Of a DNA stretch of 36,816 nucleotides, positions 18,648 through 27,188 are shown one piece after another (position 1 is the stretch's first letter; each line of letters begins with the position of its first letter). Location of the stretch: positions 1-36,816 of the IMG/VR virus record IMGVR_UViG_2563366829_000018, one strand, 5' to 3'. The notes below the pieces were generated by a model. It searched no databases and was not told where the DNA came from. It saw only the letters and a list, made by a program, of their open reading frames with translations. The stretch is from a virus. Its lineage: Duplodnaviria; Heunggongvirae; Uroviricota; Caudoviricetes. The position numbers and the translations under genes are program-made.

Positions 18648-18723
18648 TGGTGGCCCTTGCTGGATTTGAACCAGCGACCTGGCGATTATGAGTCGCTCGC
18701 TCTCACCACTGAGCTAAAGGGCC
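18648..18723 (-). tRNA. tRNA with CAU anticodon, ileX-like (Ile2 via lysidine, or Met)
   Basis: GGCCCTTTAGCTCAGTGGTGAGAGCGAGCGACTCATAATCGCC...CCA closely resembles E. coli ileX. Confidence 0.85.
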
Positions 18724-18751
18724 GAGCCAAAAAATAATAATCAGATGAAAA

Positions 18752-19465
18752 TCAATAATCAAGCCCTTGCCTGGATACATATCTGTCTGGCGGGAAGCCA
18801 TAATAGCGGTGAAATACAGAAATAAAGTAGGACCTGCTTGAATAACCGCATTTTTCTGCTATAGCCTGTCCATATCCATGCCGGGAACATAACATATTTA
18901 CAGCAACACGCATCCGCTCTTCCAGCAACAAGCGACTGAACATGCCCCCTTCATTTTTCAGTTTTGTCTTTAACAAACTCTCACTCATATGCAACTGTAG
19001 AGCAATCGCACCAAGCGTCCAGCTTGCTGATATATCTGTCTGAATTATCGCCCTGACTTTGGCACTTATGCTGGATAAACATCCACTTAAAAACAATGAC
19101 ATCCGTTCATCTGTTTCAAACAGAGACAGGCAGGCCATCATAAGAAACATATCCGTGGCCTCTCCGGAAAATCCCTGGCTGGTAATTAAAGCCGCAGCCA
19201 ACGCAGGATTGTTGGGTTCCAGCAACAGGTAAAGCGGAATGTCAGTCAGACGAGTCCTCGTCAGCTTATGCTGACTTTCCAGATATTGACTTACGACGGA
19301 TTCGCTTATATCGACAATTTTAACTTTGCCATAATGCATAAGGAAAAGCTCCCTGATGCATTTGGTGGCCAGAACAACTGAGCCTGGCTTAAGTGACAAC
19401 GTATCCTTTTCAAGAAAAATATTAATTGGGGAGCAAACCATGATAACTGAACAGACAACAGCCAT
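18752..19465 (-). CDS. AraC-family transcriptional regulator (prophage cargo, PatE-like)
   Basis: C-terminal AraC-type HTH (SESLLKTKLKNEGGMFSRLLLEERMRVAVNML ... GYSSRSYFISVFHRYYGFPP); AT-rich gene; start may be the internal Met at 19441. Confidence 0.75.
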   Translation of the reverse strand: MAVVCSVIMVCSPINIFLEKDTLSLKPGSVVLATKCIRELFLMHYGKVKIVDISESVVSQYLESQHKLTRTRLTDIPLYLLLEPNNPALAAALITSQGFSGEATDMFLMMACLSLFETDERMSLFLSGCLSSISAKVRAIIQTDISASWTLGAIALQLHMSESLLKTKLKNEGGMFSRLLLEERMRVAVNMLCSRHGYGQAIAEKCGYSSRSYFISVFHRYYGFPPDRYVSRQGLDY

Positions 19466-19587
19466 TATAATTTTACTTTCATTAGCAATTGGTTAGCTCA
19501 ATTATAGCCCCAAAAGGTAAATTATCATCAACACATAAGCAAAGGACTGACAGGTGTCGCCCCCCCACCAGCCGCCCATTCACCACA

Positions 19588-19613
19588 AATAAAAAGCCTT
19601 CAGGACTGAAGGC
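19588..19613 (-). terminator. Intrinsic terminator overlapping the 3' end of the 65-aa ORF
   Basis: Palindrome GCCTTCAGGACTGAAGGC followed by TTTTTATTT on the minus strand. Confidence 0.4.
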
Positions 19614-19797
19614 GTCTGTAACAACCGCACTGATAGTCTGCCAGACCCGCCATAACAAGCTGGGTCAGTATTAACTGGCAGCGTTCGCGTGAAAGGTAAG
19701 TATTCTGCGCAATCTCCCCGACTGTCGCCGGTTCGGTAACGCTTAATTCATCAAACACAACTCTGGCGGTTTCTGTCATATCCTGCTGTTTCAGCAT
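19600..19797 (-). CDS. Hypothetical small protein (65 aa), possible HTH
   Basis: ORF only; lies between two terminator-like hairpins. Confidence 0.35.
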   Translation of the reverse strand: MLKQQDMTETARVVFDELSVTEPATVGEIAQNTYLSRERCQLILTQLVMAGLADYQCGCYRRLQS

Positions 19798-19920
19798 GTC
19801 TTTTTACCCTTTCCGGTTAACGTGACATACCAATAACTCTTGTCTAAAAAGCCAGCAAGATAAAAAGCCAGTATTCACGACCACCAGCGTGTTTACTGTA
19901 CTGCACCAAGTTTACAGGTA

Positions 19921-19943
19921 CAAAAAACCCGCTCAGTGGCGGG
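19921..19943 (-). terminator. Intrinsic terminator downstream of the 205-aa cargo gene (AAACCCGC-CACUGA-GCGGGUUUUUUU)
   Basis: Read directly on the minus strand. Confidence 0.5.
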
Positions 19944-20075
19944 TTTAAGTTGTGTGGCGAAGTAACCACTCTTAACACACTAATAGCATTTTTGTTATAA
20001 CACAAGTAGCTCATTCAGTATTTTTAGAATCTTGACTTTCTTAAGCACGGCGAACTCTGAATACCAAACATAAAA

Positions 20076-20693
20076 TCAATTATCTTCCAGGCCGGATGCT
20101 ATCAACGAAAGCCTCTCAAAAAACGCTGTAGCAGCCTTGTCCAAAGTTGAATAAGTACTGTATTCTCCGTGTTCGGGACCAACCACTACCCATGGTCGTC
20201 TTTTTGGGATTCGGGACTTCTCAGAAATCACTGTTCCAGATATACCAATATCAATTGTTACACCTGTTATTATTTTCTCTTCATCTCTTTCCCTGAACTC
20301 AATTGCCATAAATGCCGTTTTTTTTCGTTTCCCGTTTTTAAAAAAATCAAATAAAGCAAAGCGATGCTCATTAAAATCAACACCCCATCGTCCTTCAGGA
20401 TAAAGGGCATGAAAGTTGTCATTTACGCTCTGCATCGTCTCATAAGCTTTAACTTCTAAATCTCCATAGTGCATAGATACCGCGCAGGAGTCACTGGGTA
20501 ACTGTATTTTCCCAAGATTGAAAACCTTTACTGCTCCAGAACTATGGCATCTTGCCCGCAATTTATCCCCATTTATACTAATCGGAGAAATATTCCTTAA
20601 TGTTCCGGGCTGGCTCCCTCCTAAGTAAACGACTGTTAAAGATTGCTTATTTTCAATTGCATCAACTAATACATGCTCTACATTTTTATCCAT
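20076..20693 (-). CDS. Hypothetical protein (205 aa), AT-rich cargo gene immediately downstream of Q
   Basis: Strong RBS GGGAGG 6 nt upstream of ATG (MDKNVEHV); no domain recognisable by eye. Confidence 0.6.
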   Translation of the reverse strand: MDKNVEHVLVDAIENKQSLTVVYLGGSQPGTLRNISPISINGDKLRARCHSSGAVKVFNLGKIQLPSDSCAVSMHYGDLEVKAYETMQSVNDNFHALYPEGRWGVDFNEHRFALFDFFKNGKRKKTAFMAIEFRERDEEKIITGVTIDIGISGTVISEKSRIPKRRPWVVVGPEHGEYSTYSTLDKAATAFFERLSLIASGLEDN

Positions 20694-20768
20694 AATAACC
20701 TCCCAATGAACAGGTATCATCAGGAGGTTATAATAAAATATGATTATTTACTTTGATTGAATTTATTA

Positions 20769-21140
20769 CTATATGTAACAATCAATTTCTAAAGATACCC
20801 CCAACATTGCCAGACAACCGTCAATAAACCCTTCAGCTTTCTGCAGTCTGATAACAACCTGATTAAGTGATATCCCCAGTTTTACCCCCAACACCCGTAA
20901 TGTAACCCCATACACATAATACATTTCCAGTAATTCGTATTGATACGGTTCCTTTTTCTTAAGAACTGTCATCGCAGAGCTAATGATCAGGCCATCGTCA
21001 TCGCTACATTGCGGGCGGGATTTTACTTTCGAAGGAATTAATCCCTTAAAACCTGCAGCAACAGATGACCATTCCACATCCTCGTGATTATTTGCCACCC
21101 ATGCCCCCCAACGTTCAAGAACCATTTGAATATCACGCAT
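20769..21140 (-). CDS. Q: Late-gene antiterminator Q (QuuD/phage-82 type)
   Basis: MRDIQMVLERWGAWVANNHEDVEWSSVAAGFKGL matches the QuuD-family N-terminus as I recall it; GGAG RBS; position upstream of the lysis module. Confidence 0.75.
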   Translation of the reverse strand: MRDIQMVLERWGAWVANNHEDVEWSSVAAGFKGLIPSKVKSRPQCSDDDGLIISSAMTVLKKKEPYQYELLEMYYVYGVTLRVLGVKLGISLNQVVIRLQKAEGFIDGCLAMLGVSLEIDCYI

Positions 21141-21157
21141 CAACTTTCTCCACAAAA

Positions 21158-22153
21158 TCAGGCCAGCACGCCTATTGCCAGCGCACGATCGATAAAACGA
21201 AATATCAGCTCCAGCTGGGAGCCATACTTCTCTTCAAATGCCACGGTATCCGCATGCAGCTCGTCGTGATGCTTTCTGCACAAAGGCAGCACGAAGAGGT
21301 CATGCGCTTTTGTACCCATTCCCCCCTGACCGTGGCCTATCAGGTGGTGGGGATCATCAGCAGGCTTTCCACAACATGCACACGGCTGCGTCTTAACCCA
21401 GCGCGTGTACTTTTCATTAACCCAGCGGCGACGTTTGGGGCGTAACATAAAAGACTCCGGCGACTCCGGATCCACTTTCAGCGCCAGCACCTTTTTCGCT
21501 TTATCCTGGATGATGCTGGTGGCAGGAACCGAAGGCACAAGGTCACTTTCCCGGGTGACAGACGGCACAACAGGCTTCGGTAATCTCAGTGCCTTACGGG
21601 CTGCACTTTCCGGTAAGGCATCCGCCAGGTCATTACGAATCAGCCACCAGCACAGTTCCGGCATTGTCACAACGTGACTGTCATCAAAACCGAGATCCCG
21701 ACGCACAACAGACAACACCCAGCGGGCACAGTTATCCGTTGCCATTGATTCCAGCCGTTCCGTGAACTGATCGCGCAGCTGGTTATCGCAGTGCCAGCAC
21801 AGACGGATTGCACCCGGAGCGTGTCGCATTGTGGTCATGTTCTCGCTGTGCCATCCGGAATGAGGCCACTGGCAGCCTTTTTCACGAAGTAACCAGCTTT
21901 CAAGACATTCCACGCCACCAGCACGACGGATCACTGCCTCATGGCGGAACACGGCCCGAACGGCAGGATCATCCGCCAGCGGTTGTGATGCCGCCGGAAC
22001 GGCACCACTGGCGAAAGATGAATAACGCTCCGGCTCAGGCTCCAGCAGGACACGCCCCTGCATAAACAGGGGCATCAGCTCTGAACCTGGCCTGAACAAT
22101 ACGATCCCCATACGCGGGGCAATTTCAGGGGTCAGTAGTGCTCTCACAGTCAC
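21158..22153 (-). CDS. DUF968-family protein (YdfU-like) with a C-terminal Cys/His cluster
   Basis: CACCGKPADDPHHLIGHGQGGMGTKAHDLFVLPLCRKHHDELH; sits immediately upstream of Q as ydfU does in Qin. Confidence 0.75.
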   Translation of the reverse strand: MTVRALLTPEIAPRMGIVLFRPGSELMPLFMQGRVLLEPEPERYSSFASGAVPAASQPLADDPAVRAVFRHEAVIRRAGGVECLESWLLREKGCQWPHSGWHSENMTTMRHAPGAIRLCWHCDNQLRDQFTERLESMATDNCARWVLSVVRRDLGFDDSHVVTMPELCWWLIRNDLADALPESAARKALRLPKPVVPSVTRESDLVPSVPATSIIQDKAKKVLALKVDPESPESFMLRPKRRRWVNEKYTRWVKTQPCACCGKPADDPHHLIGHGQGGMGTKAHDLFVLPLCRKHHDELHADTVAFEEKYGSQLELIFRFIDRALAIGVLA

Positions 22154-22154
22154 C

Positions 22155-22970
22155 TCAATGAACGGTATCGAGCAGCTTTAACAGCTCAGGAAATCGGGAT
22201 TCGAAGAAATGCGGCTGCGTCTCGCGCGGATTTGCAGGACTGGTGATGTTCTTGCCGAACATGCAGCCTTTCGCGGTCAGCGACCAGAATTTTTTGATGT
22301 TGTTAATCGCGGTACGGCTGTATCGTTCGCGTTGTTCAACGATCCCCAGCTTCGCCATCTGGTGATATGCCTGATTAGCCGTCAGGCGGATACCATACTG
22401 CTTCAGCAGTGCACTCAGCGACAGCGTAGGGCGGCTTGAACCATCTGGCGCATCAGCAGGTGCATCAATGGCATAGATCGGCATAAGTTCAGGAAGACCA
22501 GCTACCTTTGATAATTTCTGGTATGCACCAAGTTTCGAGGAGTTTGACAGATTTAGAGTCTTTGCTGCTGATTCAAGCAGAATGACCCCGGATTTAATTT
22601 TGTCGGATGTGGTTTCTTCTGGTGATGAATTATGAAGCGCATCAAAAGTACGTATCACTTTTAAGCTGAATGCCGGGCTGATCCACATTGCATATGCATA
22701 GACCAGCTCTTTACAGACATACGTCCCACCATTGCGCCCCTGAATGGTGATGACAGGAATACTACGGGAATCTCCCGTAGTTTCTTCTTCCAATAATTCC
22801 ACAAGAGCCTTCGTTTCAGGACGACGCATAAACTCGTGAACTTCCAGCGAACGGGAGGAGCGATTCTCACCAGCGGCAAGAAGAGCAGCTTTCTGAAGGT
22901 CGTTAAGACAGTAGTTAGATTCGAAGTACTGGCGCACAGAAACGCCATCAATTACAAGCAACTGATTCAT
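22155..22970 (-). CDS. KilA-N domain protein (antirepressor-like)
   Basis: N-terminal KilA-N-like segment; start MNQLLVIDG preceded by GGAG. Confidence 0.6.
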   Translation of the reverse strand: MNQLLVIDGVSVRQYFESNYCLNDLQKAALLAAGENRSSRSLEVHEFMRRPETKALVELLEEETTGDSRSIPVITIQGRNGGTYVCKELVYAYAMWISPAFSLKVIRTFDALHNSSPEETTSDKIKSGVILLESAAKTLNLSNSSKLGAYQKLSKVAGLPELMPIYAIDAPADAPDGSSRPTLSLSALLKQYGIRLTANQAYHQMAKLGIVEQRERYSRTAINNIKKFWSLTAKGCMFGKNITSPANPRETQPHFFESRFPELLKLLDTVH

Positions 22971-23132
22971 TGGTTTCTCCACAAATTTTTATCCACGAGC
23001 GGGACTGCACTCCCTTTTCGTTGATGCAGGATGAACTTACTGCGATTTTTAATAGTTATCAAGGATACACTGTTCATAAATACAGTATCTTTAACGAGGT
23101 AATACCCAAATTTAGGGTGTTGCTCAATTCCG

Positions 23133-23528
23133 TTACCGAGTTGCTAATTTGCAACTCGCTTTTTCGTACTTACTGATAGTGATCTCGACCTTCCCCTCCG
23201 GGATAACCGGTCCCCACTCCACCAGCATTCTTTTCACCTGACTGTCGTCTTCCCACACACCCGCGTGGGTCAGGGCGTCAAACAGCGCCTTGTTATAGTT
23301 GTCCAGATCGCGGATCCGGTTATCCGGAGGAAACAACACGATCTCCACTGAAGCAGGTGCCGACGTTGGTTTCGGCAGACGACGTAACTGCTCAACTATT
23401 GCTGCACACGCCGCGCTCTGGAATTTTCGCCCCGCCGCGCTTATCAGGCTCTTACCAGCAAACGCCCCTTTGTTGGGGTGTCGCCAGTACGTGTTCACGC
23501 TGGGCGGAAAAGGCAGTATTAGCTTCAT
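23133..23528 (-). CDS. rusA: Holliday junction resolvase RusA
   Basis: RDLDNYNKALFDALTHAGVWEDDSQV matches the RusA catalytic core (RRRDLDN...FDAL). Confidence 0.85.
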   Translation of the reverse strand: MKLILPFPPSVNTYWRHPNKGAFAGKSLISAAGRKFQSAACAAIVEQLRRLPKPTSAPASVEIVLFPPDNRIRDLDNYNKALFDALTHAGVWEDDSQVKRMLVEWGPVIPEGKVEITISKYEKASCKLATR

Positions 23529-23851
23529 ACTTTCAGGCCCCTCTCATGTAACCAGTGGGTTGCACGCAGCCTTGCGTTTTCCTCACCGGCAAGCAGTGCG
23601 CGGATAATCCCGACCGCCTCGCTGTCGTCGTCCTTCATCGCAGTATGAAGCGTTATCCCCCGGGCCACGCCACGCTTTATCGTGATGACGCCTTTTTTCT
23701 CCAGTGCGCGAAGATGCTCCACCGCTGCATTCACCGAACGGTATCCCAGCATGGTTGCCACCTCCTGATTGGTTGGCGGGAAGCCACGTTCTTTCTGATA
23801 AGAAATCAGCATATCCAGCACCTGCTGCTGGCATTGAGTTAACGTCGTCAT
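23525..23851 (-). CDS. LexA N-terminal DNA-binding-domain protein without a peptidase domain
   Basis: LTQCQQQVLDMLISYQKERGFPPTNQEVATMLGYRSVNAAVEHLRALEKKGVI parallels the LexA winged-HTH; only 108 aa. Confidence 0.65.
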   Translation of the reverse strand: MTTLTQCQQQVLDMLISYQKERGFPPTNQEVATMLGYRSVNAAVEHLRALEKKGVITIKRGVARGITLHTAMKDDDSEAVGIIRALLAGEENARLRATHWLHERGLKV

Positions 23852-24501
23852 GCCGCCATCTCCCTGACCAGTTTTTCCGCCTGCTGGCGAACCTGCGCCA
23901 GAAACGCCTCACCACATGCCTCAAGTTCATCGCGCCCTATGTAGCTGATTGCCGGTCCCTTCCAGGTCTTGTCGAAAACAGCAATAGCACCAGCGAAGAA
24001 AGCACCTGTTGGCACCTGCTTTTCGTCTTTCGGGATAAACCAGGCAGGCAGTTCAAAACCAATACGCCCGCGAATAAAAGCAATATGATCTGCATCTTCC
24101 GGCCACCACACTTCGCTGGTGGCAGCTTTGATCAGGAAAACATAGCGCCCGCCTTTATCACGCATGGCACTGGCATGTTTCATGATGTAACGCATGCCGG
24201 TGATGTATTGCCCCTCATGCTGACTGGCGCGGCTGTACGGGGGATTACCAAAGGCAGCACCTTTAAGCTCCGCAAGACGTTCAGACCAGTCATGCGCCAG
24301 CGCGTTGTCTTCCGCAGTGTAATACGCAGCACATTTGGCGTTATCACCGTCAGTGAACAGATCCAGAACAAACGGGCCAAACAGGGTGTTAATTCCCCAG
24401 AAAATGTTGTCCGGCGTGCGCCACTGATCGCCCACTTCCTTCAGTTCATGGGCTGGTTTGTTCCGCAGTTCCACCAGCGCCTGGCAATATTTATTACTCA
24501 T
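23848..24501 (-). CDS. Phage DNA N6-adenine methyltransferase (Dam-like), orphan
   Basis: NPPY catalytic motif (FGNPPYSRAS); no adjacent restriction gene; start set at MSNKYCQ. Confidence 0.8.
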   Translation of the reverse strand: MSNKYCQALVELRNKPAHELKEVGDQWRTPDNIFWGINTLFGPFVLDLFTDGDNAKCAAYYTAEDNALAHDWSERLAELKGAAFGNPPYSRASQHEGQYITGMRYIMKHASAMRDKGGRYVFLIKAATSEVWWPEDADHIAFIRGRIGFELPAWFIPKDEKQVPTGAFFAGAIAVFDKTWKGPAISYIGRDELEACGEAFLAQVRQQAEKLVREMAA

Positions 24502-24995
24502 TAAGCCCCCACGAAATTCCCTGACAGATACCACTCTTCACCCGATGCAGCGCGCTTGCTGCTTTTCCGTAAGCACCGCTCACGACGTGCCAGAAAATTG
24601 TTTCGTTCTGGCTGGGAGTGGCTTTCACGGAATGCCGCCATCCACACCGTTGCAGCACGACGGTATAAGCCCCTGGACTCCAGTTCTTCAGCCTGGCGGG
24701 TCAGGCACAAAATCACACGGGGATCGTTAGTGCCGACATAGAAATTGCGCACAGGTCTGGTTTCACGAACTGGTTGTGGTTCCGGATCCTGCGCTCTCTC
24801 AGTCAGGCGTGGGAAATGTCTGCGTGTATCTCCTTCACAACGGTGAGCCACACGCCCACTCTGACGTAACTTGCTTGCTGACTGCAGAACGCGCTGCCGT
24901 GAGTAACCAGCAAAAGCATCCGCAATGTCTCCGGAAGTACAGCCCGGATGGGCTTCAATGAATTTCTGAACTTCATTCAAAAGACTCATGATCAC
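24501..24995 (-). CDS. Hypothetical protein with a PerC-like C-terminal region
   Basis: LESRGLYRRAATVWMAAF resembles the PerC/Pch signature (GLWRRAA..W); ATGA coupling with the upstream gene. Confidence 0.45.
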   Translation of the reverse strand: MIMSLLNEVQKFIEAHPGCTSGDIADAFAGYSRQRVLQSASKLRQSGRVAHRCEGDTRRHFPRLTERAQDPEPQPVRETRPVRNFYVGTNDPRVILCLTRQAEELESRGLYRRAATVWMAAFRESHSQPERNNFLARRERCLRKSSKRAASGEEWYLSGNFVGA

Positions 24996-25810
24996 CCCCT
25001 GAATCCTTCCGGGATCTGGCTGTAGTCCACGTTGTCGTAACTGGCTTTGAAGTACGGGTCCTCGCGTCTGACTGCAGATACCGCAGGAACTTCCCAGGAT
25101 TCTTCGAAATGACGATCCGGGCCAAAGAACGTGACAGCCTGTTTCACAAATTGTGTGCCGCTGTTACCCATCGCAGATACCCAGCCCGCGTAGCGTTTCA
25201 CACCTTCCAGCATGGTTTCGGGGTTTACCCCCTCATTCAAACGGGCTTTCCAGGCTTTGAAGGCTGCAGATTTTGAATTGCCACCAGCACGTTTTGGATA
25301 GGCCAGCCATGCCTGCTCAAACTCCGGAGAGTATTCCGGTCGGTTTGAACGAACTCGCACAGACTCATCAGCAGATGCACCAACAGCTATTGGTTCATTG
25401 ACTGGTTCTTTGACTGGTTCAAAAGAGTGACTGGTTCTGGGTGAATCTCCTGCACTACCCCCTGGTGCAACTCCTGCACTACCTGGTGAATTTGCTGCAC
25501 CAGATAGTGAATTATTTGCACTACCCCCTAGTGAATCTCCTGCACCATCAAGATGAAGGAGATAGATATTACTTGAGTTACCTTTTTCACCTTTCCGGGT
25601 GACTTTTTTTACCAGCCCGGACTCACAAAGGGCCGCAATATGATTCATCACAGAACGTTTGCTAATCTCGCACTGGTCAGCAATATGCTGGTAGCTGGGC
25701 CAGCACTCACCCTGATCGCTGGCATTATCAGCCAGCTTAATCAGAACCAGTTTTCGCAATGGATTTCCCACTCGAATTTTCATCGCTTTAACCATCAACT
25801 CCATACTCAT
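24992..25810 (-). CDS. Replication initiator (O-like, N-terminal winged HTH) with a repetitive linker encoded by iterons
   Basis: N-terminal HTH (SYQHIADQCEISKRSVMNHIAALCESGLV); Gly/Ser/Ala-rich repeat region coinciding with DNA direct repeats. Confidence 0.6.
   Translation of the reverse strand: MSMELMVKAMKIRVGNPLRKLVLIKLADNASDQGECWPSYQHIADQCEISKRSVMNHIAALCESGLVKKVTRKGEKGNSSNIYLLHLDGAGDSLGGSANNSLSGAANSPGSAGVAPGGSAGDSPRTSHSFEPVKEPVNEPIAVGASADESVRVRSNRPEYSPEFEQAWLAYPKRAGGNSKSAAFKAWKARLNEGVNPETMLEGVKRYAGWVSAMGNSGTQFVKQAVTFFGPDRHFEESWEVPAVSAVRREDPYFKASYDNVDYSQIPEGFRG
25390..25550. repeat. Candidate replication origin iterons inside the O-like gene
   Basis: Three copies of TGACTGGTTC (25399-25438), two exact copies of GTGAATCTCCTGCAC (25441 and 25531), repeated TGCACTACC units. 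Confidence 0.55.
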
Positions 25811-26031
25811 GCAGCACCTCCGAGATGCTTCATGTTTTTTCCGGAGCGAAAGGCTATAAGCGGCATACTGACGCGGTAATTACGGCCCAGCGGTTCACAA
25901 ATCACCTTCTGACATTCACGGTCAACCAGGCTAACACGTAGAACATGCCCTGCAGGCGTGGTGTACCACTGACCCGGACGAGGACAACGGAAAGTATGAT
26001 TGGTAAACCGTTTGAAAATATTCCGGATCAT
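25807..26031 (-). CDS. Hypothetical small protein (74 aa)
   Basis: ORF translationally coupled to the O-like gene; no recognisable domain. Confidence 0.3.
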   Translation of the reverse strand: MIRNIFKRFTNHTFRCPRPGQWYTTPAGHVLRVSLVDRECQKVICEPLGRNYRVSMPLIAFRSGKNMKHLGGAA

Positions 26032-27188
26032 TTACGCCCCCTTACCTCTGAAGGGTTCAGCGACAAATTTATGAGACTGGCCAGTAGCGCCGCGTCGTTG
26101 ATGCGGTCATACAGACTTACAGCCAGCGGGGATTCGGCTTTTGCCAACATGGGATAAAGCTGCTGCAGCCAGACCTTGTGGATTACCGACAGGTGGGAGT
26201 AAAGCACGCTGGCGTTATCTGCGGCATCGCTCAGCGTGGATGGCTTTGAAAGCAGTTTTTCCATCTGGTTAAAGGCATTGATGTATGCCTCTTTGAACCG
26301 GGCAGCACGTTTACCCGTGAAACCCATAGCAAGAAACGCAAAACCGTCTCGTGTGATTTGATAGCAAAGGAGCTTGCGTGTACCACCGTTCGGTTGATTT
26401 ACCGAAATCGATGTCTCCGCAAAATTGCGGGCACAAAACTCAGGGGAACAATCCAGAGTGCGGATCTTTTTCAGCACATCGTCGTGACGCTTGGAGAAGA
26501 AGTTGGCAACAGCCAAAGAAGTGGTAACGGCCTGGCCGTTGTCAATGGTGATTTCAGGTTGAGTGAGGGCTGGGATCGTAGCCATGATGGCAGCCTCCGT
26601 TGACAGTGAAAAACTTCCACCACCGGAAACGCCAATTTCACTGGTGGTGAACTGGACGGGGTTGGCGTAACCGGCGTCAACGGAGACCGGCGCACCTTTC
26701 GGTGCCCCCGCCCAGCCCACCATAATCTGGATGTGAGCAAATGCGGACGATAAAAAAGACGCTGGCGCGTCATACATCGCCGTTGACAATTTCAGGACGC
26801 CAATCCCGGCACCCGCTTTATAAGGTGCCTGAACAGTGTAACGTCCCGGAATTGCAGAATCAATATGCTGGTGGTCCTTCACACTCAACAAAATCACGCC
26901 TGAATTTCCACAAAGGACTAAAGCACTCATGCGGGTAGTCTTTGCGAAGATAGATAACGCGCTGTGTTTCTGGCTCCCAACGAATAACATGGACATAAAG
27001 CCCTCTTCCGTCACGAAACCAGCGGTTAAGTTCCTGCACAACTCGCCCCCCACAGTCAGGTAAAGTTCTCTGTGGTTACTTACAGCCAGGTGATTTGGTA
27101 ATCTGCATTCATGCCGTAACAACAGGTGTTCAGCGACGCTGACCACCAGCTGTTGCGACAAACGGTTATTTGCCGTTAAACTATTCAT
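26028..27188 (-). CDS. Rha-family phage regulatory protein with a ~200-aa N-terminal extension
   Basis: Rha-like core (ITIDNGQAVTTSLAVANFFSKRHDDVLKKIRTL) at residues ~210-300; ATGA coupling with the CII-like gene supports the long form; an alternative start at 26585 has a GGAGG RBS. Confidence 0.55.
   Translation of the reverse strand: MNSLTANNRLSQQLVVSVAEHLLLRHECRLPNHLAVSNHRELYLTVGGELCRNLTAGFVTEEGFMSMLFVGSQKHSALSIFAKTTRMSALVLCGNSGVILLSVKDHQHIDSAIPGRYTVQAPYKAGAGIGVLKLSTAMYDAPASFLSSAFAHIQIMVGWAGAPKGAPVSVDAGYANPVQFTTSEIGVSGGGSFSLSTEAAIMATIPALTQPEITIDNGQAVTTSLAVANFFSKRHDDVLKKIRTLDCSPEFCARNFAETSISVNQPNGGTRKLLCYQITRDGFAFLAMGFTGKRAARFKEAYINAFNQMEKLLSKPSTLSDAADNASVLYSHLSVIHKVWLQQLYPMLAKAESPLAVSLYDRINDAALLASLINLSLNPSEVRGRK

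Noticed and set aside
18197-18669. ORFs overlapping the tRNA genes and terminators
   Set aside because: They overlap tRNA genes or terminator hairpins and are artefacts of GC-rich structured sequence
20700-20768. Possible late promoter pR' immediately downstream of Q
   Set aside because: Only weak -35/-10 candidates in an AT-rich 50-bp gap; cannot be called from sequence alone
23137-23170. Plus-strand hairpin with T-run (CGAGTTGC...GCAACTCG CTTTTTCG)
   Set aside because: It lies within the 3' coding end of rusA and no plus-strand gene lies upstream; probably coincidental
23704-24504. Plus-strand 266-aa ORF
   Set aside because: Antisense to the NPPY-motif methyltransferase; no recognisable features
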